Shown here piece after piece: positions 27,725 through 37,866 of a stretch of 64,000 bases of DNA. The notes beneath the pieces were generated by a model. The model saw only the letters and a list, made by a program, of their open reading frames with translations, was not told where the DNA came from and searched no databases. How positions within the stretch are numbered: position 1 is the stretch's first letter; each line of letters begins with the position of its first letter. Source of the DNA: Elusimicrobiota bacterium (lineage in GTDB: Bacteria; Elusimicrobiota; Endomicrobiia; Endomicrobiales; JBDRNC01); assembly GCA_043811535.1 (NCBI GenBank), contig JBDRNC010000018.1, forward strand, positions 64,001 through 128,000. Reading direction: 5' to 3'. A program made the translations under genes and the position numbers.

Positions 27725-30493
27725 TCATTGGAATGTTATCTGGTTCCAGACGGACGGATTCCTGAAAAATTCCTTATTGCCGAACCAGACGGATTGGGAT
27801 TCCCGCACTTCGCCGTTATCCCCGTCGTCTATCGCAAAGTTAAAACCGTATTTTTTGCCGGGTTGCGGCTTAAACCGGCCGAAATTGGAAAACGGTATCG
27901 CCGCTTCAACGGCATAACCGCCGCTTTTCTTTTTCACGGCAACACTGCCTTCGGCAAGCTTCCTTAACGTCGCGTTCCAGATGTAAGGTTTTTTGCCGAG
28001 TCCGTTCCCGGGGTTAATGATGAGCTGATAATCGCTCGTTGTAAAGTTTACGCGCCGCGGGCTGTCCTCAGGATTAGCGCCGAAAACCAGTTCCAGGGCG
28101 TCGCCGTTCCACAACTCGCCTTCTTTTAAACTATTTTTCAGCGGAACATCGTCTTTTATGTCGCAGAATATGTACAGCGCGCTGTCGTCCCATCCGAGAT
28201 AAATATCCGCGCTGAGATCCGCGTTGCTCTTCACTTCGCCTTCCACTGCACCGGCCTTTGTTATACGTACAACCGGAGACCGGGCCCATTCCCCCGCATT
28301 TCCGTCGATATCGACCGGCGACGTCAGCTTCGCCGCCGCAACGGGTTTCTTGTCCCAGAAAGGATTCAGTTTTTTCAATCCTTCCAGATAACTCTTCTGG
28401 CGGCCCTGTATCTTTTTAGGCGCGCTGAGAAGGCCTTTCGCTGAAGTAAGGAAGTAATCGTCTTTGATGACATCGCGGAAGGCTTCGGCGATATCCGGCT
28501 GGCCGTCTATCCTCCAGTCGGTTTCCTTGTTGATGTTGAACCAGACAGCGGCCTTTATCGCGGGGTATTTCTCTTTAAGGCACTTGCCCATGTCGCGTAT
28601 CCAGGCTATCTTGTCGCCGCCGACGTTTCCGCACCCGAACTCTCCTATCATTATAGGCTTTCCGGGAATATTTTCCACAACGTCGGAATAAACGCCCGCG
28701 AACAGCGTGTCAAACGAATTCCACCCGTAATTAAAACCAGGCTGTCTGCCGAAGTTGTATCCGTCTACGGCTATCCAGTCCACGTATTCGTCGCCGGGAT
28801 ACGCCTTGACTATTGTATTATCCGGGGTGGGCGGATAGGAAATGTTGTTCGGGCTCCAGAGCCAGATGACGTTTTTTGCGCCTTCCTTTTCAAAAACATC
28901 GTGAATGTAGCGGTACGCCCTGACGTATTTCTCCGGCCCGTTTTTGGGAACAGACCACGGATACCAGTCGCCGTTGAACTCGTGGCCCCACCGCAGCATG
29001 TAAGGTTTTCCCCACGCTTTTGAGTCGCGGGCCCATTTCGTTATATACGCGTCCCGTTTTCCCGCGAGAATGTCGTCAAGCGGAACCGCCGTGTGGTCAT
29101 CCATGCTCCACGCTTCCCACGTGATGTGCGGGATGTAGCCGGCGCTGTAAAGATTCTCGCAGTCTTTTGCGGGAAAATCGCGGCGCCAGTCCAGAAATCT
29201 CATCACCTGAGAGAATTTCTTGCCGAGCTTTTCTTCTGTCCTGCGCAGCGCGTTAAGATTTTCGGGATACGTCGCACCGAAAATCCCTATATAGCAGCCG
29301 TCGTCGCGGCTGTCAGAATTCACCACGGGATATGTCTTAAATAGTCCTTCGGAACTCTCTTCTGAACTTACGAACGATATATTGTCAACTTCAAACCAGC
29401 CCTTCTCGCCTTCGGCCATTGAACCGGTCTGGAACTGCAGCTTGTTGACCGCATTGAGATTGAACGGCTTGTTCTTTCCCCATCCTTCCTGCTCAAACGC
29501 GGAAAAAGGTATTTTATATTCTTTCCATTCGGCGGGCGTCGTCGTGATTAGATACTCGTGGTAATCGTAGTCCTCGACATCGGCGACTCCCACGTGCAGT
29601 TTGAGTTTCGCTCCGCTGCCCCTGAGCCAGAATTTCATCGTTTTGTATTGTGAAAGGTCGAGCGGCTCGCTGAACTCGGCCTTCGCTATAGCGTACCTGA
29701 ACCGGAAGGCAGGCCCCAGTTTATAGTCAAGCCTCAATGCCCCGCTGCTCCCGCCCTGCCCCTTAACGCCTGAAATTTCGCAGGTTGAATTGCCCTGATT
29801 TGCGGCGTCGCTTTCTTCCGCCCATTCATTCCCGAGCCGGTCGTAAGTATTTTTTTCAAAGTCGGCGTAAAGGAACTTGTCTCCGGTTATCGTTTTTGAA
29901 AACCCCGTCTCTTTCGTTAAGGAAATGTCGTCTATCTCAACGAATCCCTCTTCTCCGTCAACACCCGAACAGGCCTTTATCTCCAGTTTATATGCCAGCG
30001 CGGTGTTTAACTTGGCCTGTTTTCCCCATCCGCCCTGCTTAAAAGCCGAAAAGGGCACGTAATATTCCTTCCACTCGAGAGGCGTTTTATTGATCGTATA
30101 AACGTGAAAATCGTAGTCCTGCACCGACTTGGCGCAGATTGCGATATTCATCTTTTTTCCGCTGCCCTTTACCCAGAACCTTATGCCCGTATATTCCGAC
30201 CAGTTCCTTATCCCGGGATAGACAAGCGTAGCCATCGAATACCTGTATTCATAACGGGTGCCAAGCTCGTAATCAAACCTTAGCGCGCCCCTGCTCTTAT
30301 TCCTGCCTTGTATTATTTCAATGAAAGCATATGAATCGCCGCCGTTGGGGGTATCGTCTTCCGGCTTCCACTCCCCGCCGAAGGTATCCATCAGATTCAA
30401 GTCGTCAAAATTGTCGATTATCGCGGTATCCTGGCAATAACCCGCGACTGGAAGCAGCAAAAACATCAACCCGGCGATAATAATTTTTTTCAT
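27725..30493 (-). CDS. Secreted modular glycoside hydrolase: two CBM11/CIA30-like domains, GH26 and a CBM9-like domain
   Basis: RWGHEFNGDWYPW, YPGDEYVDWIAVDGYN, KPIMIGEFG; duplicated FWxKGSG...EWKEYxxPFSAF; C-terminal IDGNAGEW...GDALEL. Confidence 0.88.
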   Translation of the reverse strand: MKKIIIAGLMFLLLPVAGYCQDTAIIDNFDDLNLMDTFGGEWKPEDDTPNGGDSYAFIEIIQGRNKSRGALRFDYELGTRYEYRYSMATLVYPGIRNWSEYTGIRFWVKGSGKKMNIAICAKSVQDYDFHVYTINKTPLEWKEYYVPFSAFKQGGWGKQAKLNTALAYKLEIKACSGVDGEEGFVEIDDISLTKETGFSKTITGDKFLYADFEKNTYDRLGNEWAEESDAANQGNSTCEISGVKGQGGSSGALRLDYKLGPAFRFRYAIAKAEFSEPLDLSQYKTMKFWLRGSGAKLKLHVGVADVEDYDYHEYLITTTPAEWKEYKIPFSAFEQEGWGKNKPFNLNAVNKLQFQTGSMAEGEKGWFEVDNISFVSSEESSEGLFKTYPVVNSDSRDDGCYIGIFGATYPENLNALRRTEEKLGKKFSQVMRFLDWRRDFPAKDCENLYSAGYIPHITWEAWSMDDHTAVPLDDILAGKRDAYITKWARDSKAWGKPYMLRWGHEFNGDWYPWSVPKNGPEKYVRAYRYIHDVFEKEGAKNVIWLWSPNNISYPPTPDNTIVKAYPGDEYVDWIAVDGYNFGRQPGFNYGWNSFDTLFAGVYSDVVENIPGKPIMIGEFGCGNVGGDKIAWIRDMGKCLKEKYPAIKAAVWFNINKETDWRIDGQPDIAEAFRDVIKDDYFLTSAKGLLSAPKKIQGRQKSYLEGLKKLNPFWDKKPVAAAKLTSPVDIDGNAGEWARSPVVRITKAGAVEGEVKSNADLSADIYLGWDDSALYIFCDIKDDVPLKNSLKEGELWNGDALELVFGANPEDSPRRVNFTTSDYQLIINPGNGLGKKPYIWNATLRKLAEGSVAVKKKSGGYAVEAAIPFSNFGRFKPQPGKKYGFNFAIDDGDNGEVRESQSVWFGNKEFFRNPSVWNQITFQ

Positions 30494-30510
30494 AACGCAC
30501 CTTTTAAGAA

Positions 30511-31758
30511 TTATTCTTTTAACAGGGATTTCCCGGCAAGCAGAGCGTCAATCTCTTTCGCGAGTATTTTCTCTATATCCGGATCATAGCCGACGTGGAC
30601 GCTCTGTATAACGCCTTTCTTGTCCACGAGCACTAGCGTCGGATACGCGGTCACCCCGTATTTGTTTCCCGCGCCGCCGTCCGCGTCCAGCGCGACCGGG
30701 AACGAAAATTTCTGCTCGTCGATGAAACCCTGCACCGTCTTGCGGTCTTCCATGGAGTTTACAGCCACAAAAACGAAATTCTTGTTCTTGTACGCGTCGT
30801 TTATCTTCTGAAGCGCCGGCAGCTCTATCCTGCACGGAGGGCACCATGTCGCGAAAAAATCCAGAAGCACAACTTTGCCTTTCATCTTGGAAAACGAATA
30901 ATTGGTTCCCTGTTTCAGCCCCTCAAGTTTGAAATCCTGCGCCTTAGTCCCTGTAAGCTCTGATTTTTTATCGCTCATGGCCCCTTTTGAGGCTTCCTTG
31001 AGTAGATCGTCGACTTCCTGAGCGCCGTCGGGGGGCGTGAAATTGAATATTTCTTCTTTTATCGGTTTATTCACTATGATATTTTTGTGCAGTTCCTCGT
31101 ATTTGACATCCATCTCGGGCAGGCCGGGTACCACCTTGCTTTGCGCCTTCATCATTTCCGTCATATCCATGTAAAACTTCGTTATCAGATTTGTTTTCAC
31201 GTCTATCCAGAGCTCCACGTTCACTTTATCCTGCACGAGCACTATATGATAGTTCTTTTTACCGTCTATTTTTTCTTCGCCCGCAAGCTTCGTTTCCTTG
31301 ACGTCTTCCAATATCACCGCGAGCGGCTCATCGGCAAAAAGCTTCACAAAGCTGGCCGGCCCGGTGCTCTGAGAACCGACCAGGCTGTCTTTTGCCAGCT
31401 CTTCAAAATCCCGCGGCGCTTTCTTCGTGACGTACTTATTCAGCACGGGCATATATATCCACAGTTTATCTCCGTTTGCAACAAACGTTATCCCGGCTAT
31501 GCCTGTTTTCGCTATAGAGGAAACTTTGTTCGGCCTTTGCAGGGCGAACTGCGTATCAACGGAAAGTTTCTGCTGCATGCCTTTTGCGTTAATGTTTATT
31601 GACACTTCGGTCGAGTCCTGGTAGGTTTTCAGTTTCTTGTAGGTTTCCGCGGTCTTCGCGATGATATCCCGGGCGCTTAACTTCGCGGCTGACACATCGC
31701 AATAAAAAGTGAGCAGCAAAACGGCAGCGCATAAAGCAAAAACCAGATTATTTTTCAT
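30511..31758 (-). CDS. Exported DUF2092/LolA-like domain fused to a TlpA-like thioredoxin
   Basis: LQRPNK...ANGDKLWIY...FNFTPPDGA, then LLDFFATWCPPCRIELP. Confidence 0.8.
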   Translation of the reverse strand: MKNNLVFALCAAVLLLTFYCDVSAAKLSARDIIAKTAETYKKLKTYQDSTEVSININAKGMQQKLSVDTQFALQRPNKVSSIAKTGIAGITFVANGDKLWIYMPVLNKYVTKKAPRDFEELAKDSLVGSQSTGPASFVKLFADEPLAVILEDVKETKLAGEEKIDGKKNYHIVLVQDKVNVELWIDVKTNLITKFYMDMTEMMKAQSKVVPGLPEMDVKYEELHKNIIVNKPIKEEIFNFTPPDGAQEVDDLLKEASKGAMSDKKSELTGTKAQDFKLEGLKQGTNYSFSKMKGKVVLLDFFATWCPPCRIELPALQKINDAYKNKNFVFVAVNSMEDRKTVQGFIDEQKFSFPVALDADGGAGNKYGVTAYPTLVLVDKKGVIQSVHVGYDPDIEKILAKEIDALLAGKSLLKE

Positions 31759-31805
31759 TTTACCTCTTTTTTGGCGGAATACTCTTGAGATGTTTGATGC
31801 AGGTT

Positions 31806-32675
31806 TCAGGAAAGCCCGGCTCTTTTGAGAATTTCGGGGATATATTCTTCCATCCCTATCGCCATTATGTGAACGCCGTCGGCGAAGGTCTTGAGCCCTT
31901 GAATTATTTCGGCGCAGATATTAATGCCTTCTTCAAGCTGGTTGCCGGATCTTTCAATCCTTTTAACGGTTTCTTCCGGTATATTGACGCCGGGCAGCGC
32001 CATCATGGCGGTTATGAAATCTACGGACTTCAAAAGGATGACTCCGGGAAGTATTTTTACGGGAAACTGCTTTGCCCTGTCGGCGAAATCTTTGTATTTC
32101 CGGATATCAAAAATGGGCTGCGTCTGAAAGAACTGCGCGCCCGCGCGCTGTTTCTTATCAAGCATGACAAGCTGAAGTTCCGACGGTTCCGCAGACGGAT
32201 TCGTTACGGCTCCGAGACAAAACCTTGGGCTGCCGCTGAGTTTTTTTCCGGCAAGGTCTACTCCCGACTCAAGGGTTCGGGCCGTTGTCAGAAGCTGTAC
32301 CGGGTCCAGGTCAAACACGCATTTCGCGTCCTTGTTCTCACCGATCTTCGGATGGTCTCCGCTTAAAACGAGGACATTCTCCACTCCGAGCACGTACGCG
32401 CTCAGCAGGTCGGACTGCAGGGCTATCCTGTTTCGGTCCCTGCATGTCATCTGAAGAATAGGCTCGTAGCCCTTCTCCTTCAATAGCCTGCAAACCGCCA
32501 GAGAACCGAGGCGCATTGAGGCGCGCTGGTTGTCAGTGATGTTTATCCCGTCAACGAGAGGCCCTATGATATCCGCTTTTCTGAGGAGTTTTTCGGTATT
32601 GATTCCCTTCGGCGGGTACAGTTCGGCCGTGACTATGAATTTCTTGGATTTGAGTTTTTCGCAGAATTTGCTCAA
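31806..32675 (-). CDS. metF: Methylenetetrahydrofolate reductase
   Basis: TAELYPPKG, NITDN, LQMTCRDRNRIALQSDLL, FFQTQ, GVHIM. Confidence 0.92.
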   Translation of the reverse strand: MSKFCEKLKSKKFIVTAELYPPKGINTEKLLRKADIIGPLVDGINITDNQRASMRLGSLAVCRLLKEKGYEPILQMTCRDRNRIALQSDLLSAYVLGVENVLVLSGDHPKIGENKDAKCVFDLDPVQLLTTARTLESGVDLAGKKLSGSPRFCLGAVTNPSAEPSELQLVMLDKKQRAGAQFFQTQPIFDIRKYKDFADRAKQFPVKILPGVILLKSVDFITAMMALPGVNIPEETVKRIERSGNQLEEGINICAEIIQGLKTFADGVHIMAIGMEEYIPEILKRAGLS

Positions 32676-32723
32676 TGTATTAAAACCTCGTACCGAGTAT
32701 CGTGTATCGGGTATTGCGTAACA

Positions 32724-33374
32724 TTACCGGCCTATTGTCTTGGCTCTGTTCACCTTGGACGGTTTGGCGTACTTCCGGGGCGGCGTGTATTCCCCTGAAA
32801 TGCTTTTTTCGGCGCCGCGTTCCTTCAATTTGTTGTATATGAGCACCCACGCGCAGTCCTTGTCGGTATCTACTTCGCACTTTCCGTCAACCATACCCCC
32901 GCACGGACCGTTAACAAGGCTCTTTGAGCACCGCGTCACGGGGCAGATCCCGGCGGTCCTGTCCACTATGCATTCCCCGCAAACCGAGCAGAATTCGTTG
33001 TAAACGCCTATGCGCTCAACCGTGCCCACAAAGACAGGATTCAGCCCGGGAAGAAGAGGCTTGTTCACGACTTTCTCGACAGCCTGCATCCCGGCTCCGC
33101 ATGTAAGAAAAAGGACCGCGTCGGATTCATCCGCTTCCGCGGATTTCGACAGGTCTTTCTTGGCTATCCTTATGTCGCACGGGGTATCGAGTATCTTATA
33201 ACCCGTTACCTTTTTCCCGTTTTTCTCAAGTTCTTTCGCGGTTTTCTTCACGGCCTCTTCGTCGCCCGTCTGGCATTTTGTGGCGCATGCCGCGCAGCCG
33301 ACGATGAAAACCTTGTGGTAGGGTTTCAGTTTTTCCAGTATTTCCTCAAGCGGTTTAGATTCGGTTATTATCAT
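32724..33374 (-). CDS. metV: MTHFR small Fe-S subunit (MTHFR_C / MetV-like)
   Basis: CSVCGEC...GICPVTRCSKSLVNGPCGG...CEV...CAW, directly upstream of metF. Confidence 0.88.
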   Translation of the reverse strand: MIITESKPLEEILEKLKPYHKVFIVGCAACATKCQTGDEEAVKKTAKELEKNGKKVTGYKILDTPCDIRIAKKDLSKSAEADESDAVLFLTCGAGMQAVEKVVNKPLLPGLNPVFVGTVERIGVYNEFCSVCGECIVDRTAGICPVTRCSKSLVNGPCGGMVDGKCEVDTDKDCAWVLIYNKLKERGAEKSISGEYTPPRKYAKPSKVNRAKTIGR

Positions 33375-33423
33375 ATAAATTCAGAAATTGGCAATTGGCG
33401 ATTAGCAATTAGTTAACTGCTTC

Positions 33424-34011
33424 CTACTTCTTTCCGTCTTCCTTCTGCTTTGGAATTTTCGAGGCTGCTTTTTCCCAGCCTTCATCGAGTATCATCCGGA
33501 CGACTCTGACGGCTTCAAGCTTGATATTTTCAACATTCTCTTTCTGGGATTTATCAAACTTAGACAACACAAAATCAGCGGGATCGATCCATGGAGGGAC
33601 GGGGCCGATGCCCATTCTAAGGCGCGGAAAAACGGAAGTGCTGATGTTCTCTATTATGGATGCCAGCCCGTTATGTCCGCCGTCTGATCCTGACTTGCGC
33701 AGTCTTATTTTTTCAAACGGGAGAGAGAAATCGTCGCTGATAACAAGCATCTCTTCCGGAGCTATCCCGTAATAATCCAGAACAGCCCTTACCGCGGAAC
33801 CGGAATTATTCATGTAGGTCTGCGGTTTGACCAGAAGCCTGACACCGGAAGAACCAGGCGCTGAAACCAGCGATTTGAACTTCTTTTCAAGCTTCCATCC
33901 GGATTTCCATATGTCGGCGAGCATCTCTACGGCCTGAAACCCGAGATTGTGCCGGGTTTTTTCATATCCCTTGCCCGGATTTCCAAGACCGACTATCAGT
34001 TTAATGGACAT
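33424..34011 (-). CDS. pth: Peptidyl-tRNA hydrolase
   Basis: LIVGLGNPG..Y..TRHNLGF, KPQTYMNNSG, GGHNGL. Confidence 0.97.
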   Translation of the reverse strand: MSIKLIVGLGNPGKGYEKTRHNLGFQAVEMLADIWKSGWKLEKKFKSLVSAPGSSGVRLLVKPQTYMNNSGSAVRAVLDYYGIAPEEMLVISDDFSLPFEKIRLRKSGSDGGHNGLASIIENISTSVFPRLRMGIGPVPPWIDPADFVLSKFDKSQKENVENIKLEAVRVVRMILDEGWEKAASKIPKQKEDGKK

Positions 34012-34126
34012 AACATATATGGCTAAATGGCTGCCTGGTTAAATGGCTAACAGCAAGGCACTGTAAAGAGCAGTTTAGCCATTTGGCAATTGAACCATTT
34101 GACCATTTAATATAGCCATTGAGCCA

Positions 34127-34882
34127 TTATTTTTTCGGTTCAGCTTTCTTCGGCTCTGCGGCTTTCTCGCCGGGTTTTGCCGCTTCAGGCTTCTTCGCGG
34201 CGCCTTTTTCATCAACTGCGGCCGCTTCTTCGCCTTCCTCATCCTTCTTGCCTTTCTTGATGACTTCCGGTTCAGCCGAACCGACCGCTGCCACGACTTC
34301 GGTGCCGGGCGCGGGTTCCTCAAGAATGGTAGGGGCGACTATATTGACTACGAACGAGTCAGGATCGGTGAGAATCTCCACACCCTGCATGGCGGAAATG
34401 TCCCTTACATGCAGCGCCTGATTGATCTCAAGTTTGGAAACATCAATGTTGATAGACTTGGGAATATCGGTGGGCAGACACTTGACCCTGACTTCGCGCT
34501 GAATGTGTTCAAGGATGCCTCCTCCGAGCTTAACGCCGGGAGCCTCGCCGATTATGTGCAAGGATACGCTGACTTCGATCTTGTCTTTAAGCGATATCAT
34601 CAGGAAATCGATATGTATCGGTTTCTGCGTGATTATATCGCGCTGGATCTCCTTCACGATCACGGTCTTGCTCTCGCTTCCAATCTTTAAATTCACGAGA
34701 ATGTTGGCGCCGGCTTCCGATGATATGATCTTTTCGAATTTTTTCGCGTCGATCACGATAACCTTGACCTCTTCCTTCGCTCCGTAAAGGACCGCCGGGA
34801 TCTTGCCTCCGGTCCTCAGGTCCCTGAGTTTGTTCTTAGGCGACATTTCGCGACTTTCGGCTTCAATGACTACCTGCTGCAT
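34127..34882 (-). CDS. rplY: 50S ribosomal protein L25 (Ctc type)
   Basis: IPAVLYG, HIDF, GVKLGG, EPEVIKKGKK. Start at ATG 34882 with GGAGAAAGG upstream. Confidence 0.95.
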   Translation of the reverse strand: MQQVVIEAESREMSPKNKLRDLRTGGKIPAVLYGAKEEVKVIVIDAKKFEKIISSEAGANILVNLKIGSESKTVIVKEIQRDIITQKPIHIDFLMISLKDKIEVSVSLHIIGEAPGVKLGGGILEHIQREVRVKCLPTDIPKSINIDVSKLEINQALHVRDISAMQGVEILTDPDSFVVNIVAPTILEEPAPGTEVVAAVGSAEPEVIKKGKKDEEGEEAAAVDEKGAAKKPEAAKPGEKAAEPKKAEPKK

Positions 34883-35101
34883 ACCTTTCTCCTTTGTTGC
34901 TTTTATTTTTTTCCGTTTTGTTTCCGCAAACACTAAATCCAAAATACTAAAAACTAAATAAATCTTAATTCACAAATCCAAAACAACTGCTTTTATGTTT
35001 TCGGCTTTGAACTCTGAGTTTATTTAGAGTTTAGTGTTTAGAATTTAGTATTTTTAAACAGCTAACTGACCAAATAAACACTGTTGCAGGATATTTAACC
35101 C

Positions 35102-36031
35102 CTAGACAAATAGGGCGCTTACAGATTGATCGTTGTGTATCCTCATTATCGCTTCGCCCAGCAGTTTTGAGATCGTCAGCACTGTTATCTTGTCCACCTT
35201 TTTTACGTCCATCGCGATAGAATCCGTTATTATAAGCTCTTCAATGCAGGATTCCTGTATCTTTTTCAAGGCCTCGCCCGAAAGCACACCGTGTGAAATA
35301 GCCGCGGCAACCATCTTGGCGCCGCTTTTCTTGAGCGCTTCGGCCACTTTCACAAGCGTCCCCGCGGTATCCACTATGTCGTCGTAAATAATCGCTGTTT
35401 TCCCGGAAACTTCGCCTATTATGTTCATGATAGCGGCTTCGTTCGGCTTCGGGCGGCGTTTATCTATAATGGCCAGGTCCGCGTCCAGGCGTTTCGCGAA
35501 CGCGCGGGCGCGTTCCACGCCGCCGGCATCGGGAGAAACGACCACCATATCCTGCAGATTCTTGTTCTTCAGATATTCAAGAAAGACCGGCGTCGCGTAC
35601 AGGTGATCCACCGGTATGTCAAAAAATCCCTGCAGCTGGCCCGCGTGCAGGTCCATCGTAAGAAGCCTGTCAACTCCGGACGCCACTATCAAATTAGCCA
35701 CAAGTTTGGATGTTATCGGGACGCGCGGCTCGGACTTTCTGTCCTGCCTGCCGTAGCCGTAATAGGGCATTACCGCGGTAATTCGCGCAGCCGACGAGCG
35801 TCTCATCGCGTCTATCATTATGAGCATTTCCATCAGGTTTTCGCTGACGGGGGTGCATGTCGGTTGAATCACGTAACAATCCACGCCGCGCACGTTTTCT
35901 TCCAGCCTTACCTGGATTTCGCCGTCGCTGAAACGGTTAACCTGGGCTTTCCCCATAGGAACGTCTATGTGCTTTACGATCTTTTCAGCAAGTTCCTTAT
36001 TGGCATTCCCCGTAAAAATCTTAATGTCCAT
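35102..36031 (-). CDS. prs: Ribose-phosphate pyrophosphokinase
   Basis: FSDGE, YYGYGRQDRK, DLHAGQ, VSPDAGG, DDIVDTAGT. Confidence 0.98.
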   Translation of the reverse strand: MDIKIFTGNANKELAEKIVKHIDVPMGKAQVNRFSDGEIQVRLEENVRGVDCYVIQPTCTPVSENLMEMLIMIDAMRRSSAARITAVMPYYGYGRQDRKSEPRVPITSKLVANLIVASGVDRLLTMDLHAGQLQGFFDIPVDHLYATPVFLEYLKNKNLQDMVVVSPDAGGVERARAFAKRLDADLAIIDKRRPKPNEAAIMNIIGEVSGKTAIIYDDIVDTAGTLVKVAEALKKSGAKMVAAAISHGVLSGEALKKIQESCIEELIITDSIAMDVKKVDKITVLTISKLLGEAIMRIHNDQSVSALFV

Positions 36032-36089
36032 GTTAAACCCCTTATTTATTACATATTATAAATTACAGATTACAAATTGTCACGCAAGT

Positions 36090-36165
36090 GTCATCCCCGA
36101 ATGCCTCTATCGGGGATCCATTCTTACTAAAAGCATAGATCCCCGCTTACAACCGCGGGGATGAC
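36090..36165. repeat. REP/RPE-like nested palindrome GTCATCCCC...GGGGATGAC
   Basis: Terminal inverted repeat with two internal hairpins, between glmU and prs. Confidence 0.7.
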
Positions 36166-36179
36166 CTTGTGATACGGAG

Positions 36180-37538
36180 TTATTTTTTGCGCCTTATTTT
36201 GTTTATTTGTCTGGCTCTCGCTATCGCCAGCGACTTGCCGGGAATATTATCGGTAATCGTGGAACCCGCGCCGATTATCACGTCGGCCCCCACCCTTACG
36301 GGCGCCACAAGATTCACATTGGAACCGACAAAAGACCTGTCGCCTATATATGTCTTGTTTTTTCTGGTACCGTCGTAGTTACAGGTTATCGTCCCCGCGC
36401 CTATATTGACTTCTTCGCCAAGGAACGAATCGCCTATGTATGACAGGTGGCTTACCTTCGCGCCGAAACCTATCACCGAGTTCTTTATTTCGCAGAAATT
36501 TCCGACCCTTGCCCCGGTTTTGACCTTTGTGCCGGGACGCAGGTGCGCGAACGGGCCAATCTTGGCCTTGTCCGATATCAGCGAATCGTATATGTATGAG
36601 CTCCTGATTTCCACGCCGTCGCCTATACGCGAATCGCTGATGAAGGCCGCCGGGCCGATTGAACAGTTTCTGCCTATCACGGATTCCCCTTCAATAAACG
36701 TGCCCGGATATATCACGGTATCGGTCCCGATCCTGGCTTTCAGGGACACGTAAGTGTTGTCCGGATCTACGATAGTGACGCCCTTTATCATCCATTCGAT
36801 CAGTATCCTTTTTCTGACAACGGATTCGGCATAAGCAAGTTCCGAGCGGTTGTTTATGCCGATCGTTTCCTCGAATACGGCCTTCGCGACCGCTTCAACC
36901 TTTTCGCCCATATCGAAAAGGATCTTGACCGCGTCGGTCAGGTAATATTCTTTCTTGACGTTGTCAGGCGATATCTTTCCCAAAATTTTCCAAACAAGCG
37001 GGCTTGAAAAACAGTAGACTCCGCTGTTTATTTCTTTGATTTTCTTTTCTGCGGGCGCCGCGTCTTTCTCTTCGACTATAGCCCTGAAACCGCCGGCGTT
37101 GGAACGCACGATCCTGCCGTAGCCGAAAGGTTCTTTCGCCATGGAAGACAGAACCGTTACGGAATTGCCGCGCGCGCGGTGGATATTCACAAGCTCCTTA
37201 AGCGTGGAGGATTTTATAAGCGGGGCGTCGCCGCAAACAACCAGCACGTCGCCCTTGAACCTGACGAGCGCCTTTTCCGCCCGGTGAAGCGCGTGCCCCG
37301 AACCGAGCTGTTTGTTCTGTTCGGCAAAAATGATACTGTCCTTGGCGAGTTCCGCCCTGACCCGTTTCGATTCATGGCCGACTATCATTACGGTTTTTTC
37401 CGGCCTGATGCCGGCTGTCGAAGCCATGACCCATTTAATAAGGGTCGTTCCCGAAAGCCTGTGCAGGACTTTCGGCAGGTCCGATTTCATCCGGGTGCCT
37501 TCACCCGCCGCTAAGATGACAATTGCAAGTTTTTTCAT
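36180..37538 (-). CDS. glmU: Bifunctional UDP-GlcNAc pyrophosphorylase / GlcN-1-P acetyltransferase
   Basis: ILAAGEGTRMKS..PKVLH, GYGRIVR, EYYLTD, HLSYIGD, TCNYDG. Confidence 0.97.
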   Translation of the reverse strand: MKKLAIVILAAGEGTRMKSDLPKVLHRLSGTTLIKWVMASTAGIRPEKTVMIVGHESKRVRAELAKDSIIFAEQNKQLGSGHALHRAEKALVRFKGDVLVVCGDAPLIKSSTLKELVNIHRARGNSVTVLSSMAKEPFGYGRIVRSNAGGFRAIVEEKDAAPAEKKIKEINSGVYCFSSPLVWKILGKISPDNVKKEYYLTDAVKILFDMGEKVEAVAKAVFEETIGINNRSELAYAESVVRKRILIEWMIKGVTIVDPDNTYVSLKARIGTDTVIYPGTFIEGESVIGRNCSIGPAAFISDSRIGDGVEIRSSYIYDSLISDKAKIGPFAHLRPGTKVKTGARVGNFCEIKNSVIGFGAKVSHLSYIGDSFLGEEVNIGAGTITCNYDGTRKNKTYIGDRSFVGSNVNLVAPVRVGADVIIGAGSTITDNIPGKSLAIARARQINKIRRKK

Positions 37539-37547
37539 AAATTTTTA

Positions 37548-37626
37548 AAGGTGCTCCGTACTTAAATAAAGTACGTCAGATTCTTTATTCTGAAGGTGCT
37601 CCGTCCCGCGCTTCGCTGGGACGTCG
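37548..37626 (+). repeat. Two AAGGTGCTCCGT-hairpin-ACGTC units (hairpin part of the dif-like family, opposite orientation)
   Basis: Homologous to the reverse complement of 17050-17091 (AAGGTGCTCAGTCCCG...CGGGATTTCGC). Confidence 0.6.
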
Positions 37627-37652
37627 TGCTTTTTAACTTGCGTCAAAAAGCA

Positions 37653-37723
37653 CTCCGGGGCCAGGATTCGAACCTGAACAAAAGGATCCAAATTCCTTTG
37701 TGCTACCATTACACCACCCCGGA
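37653..37723 (-). tRNA. tRNA-Gln (TTG); CCA not encoded
   Basis: TCCGGGGTGGTGTAATGGTAGCAC...TTTGGAT...GGTTCGAATCC...CCCCGGAG, at its canonical position near ispE/prs. Confidence 0.95.
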
Positions 37724-37866
37724 ATTATACTGCGAAATATAGGAAGGTTTTTGCCCGGACACCCGAGATTGGGATGAAGAATCTCATTTTTTGCCGGCTA
37801 TTCGATCCTTCGCTTCACTCAGGATGAGTTCGTTGTCCGCCATCGCTACAGTGGCGGACATCGGAT

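Noticed and set aside
34883..34942. N-terminal ORF-track extensions (rplY; similarly LacI, spoVG, MscS, GH9-like)
   Set aside because: Better RBS-associated ATGs lie downstream and the extensions run into intergenic or repeat DNA.
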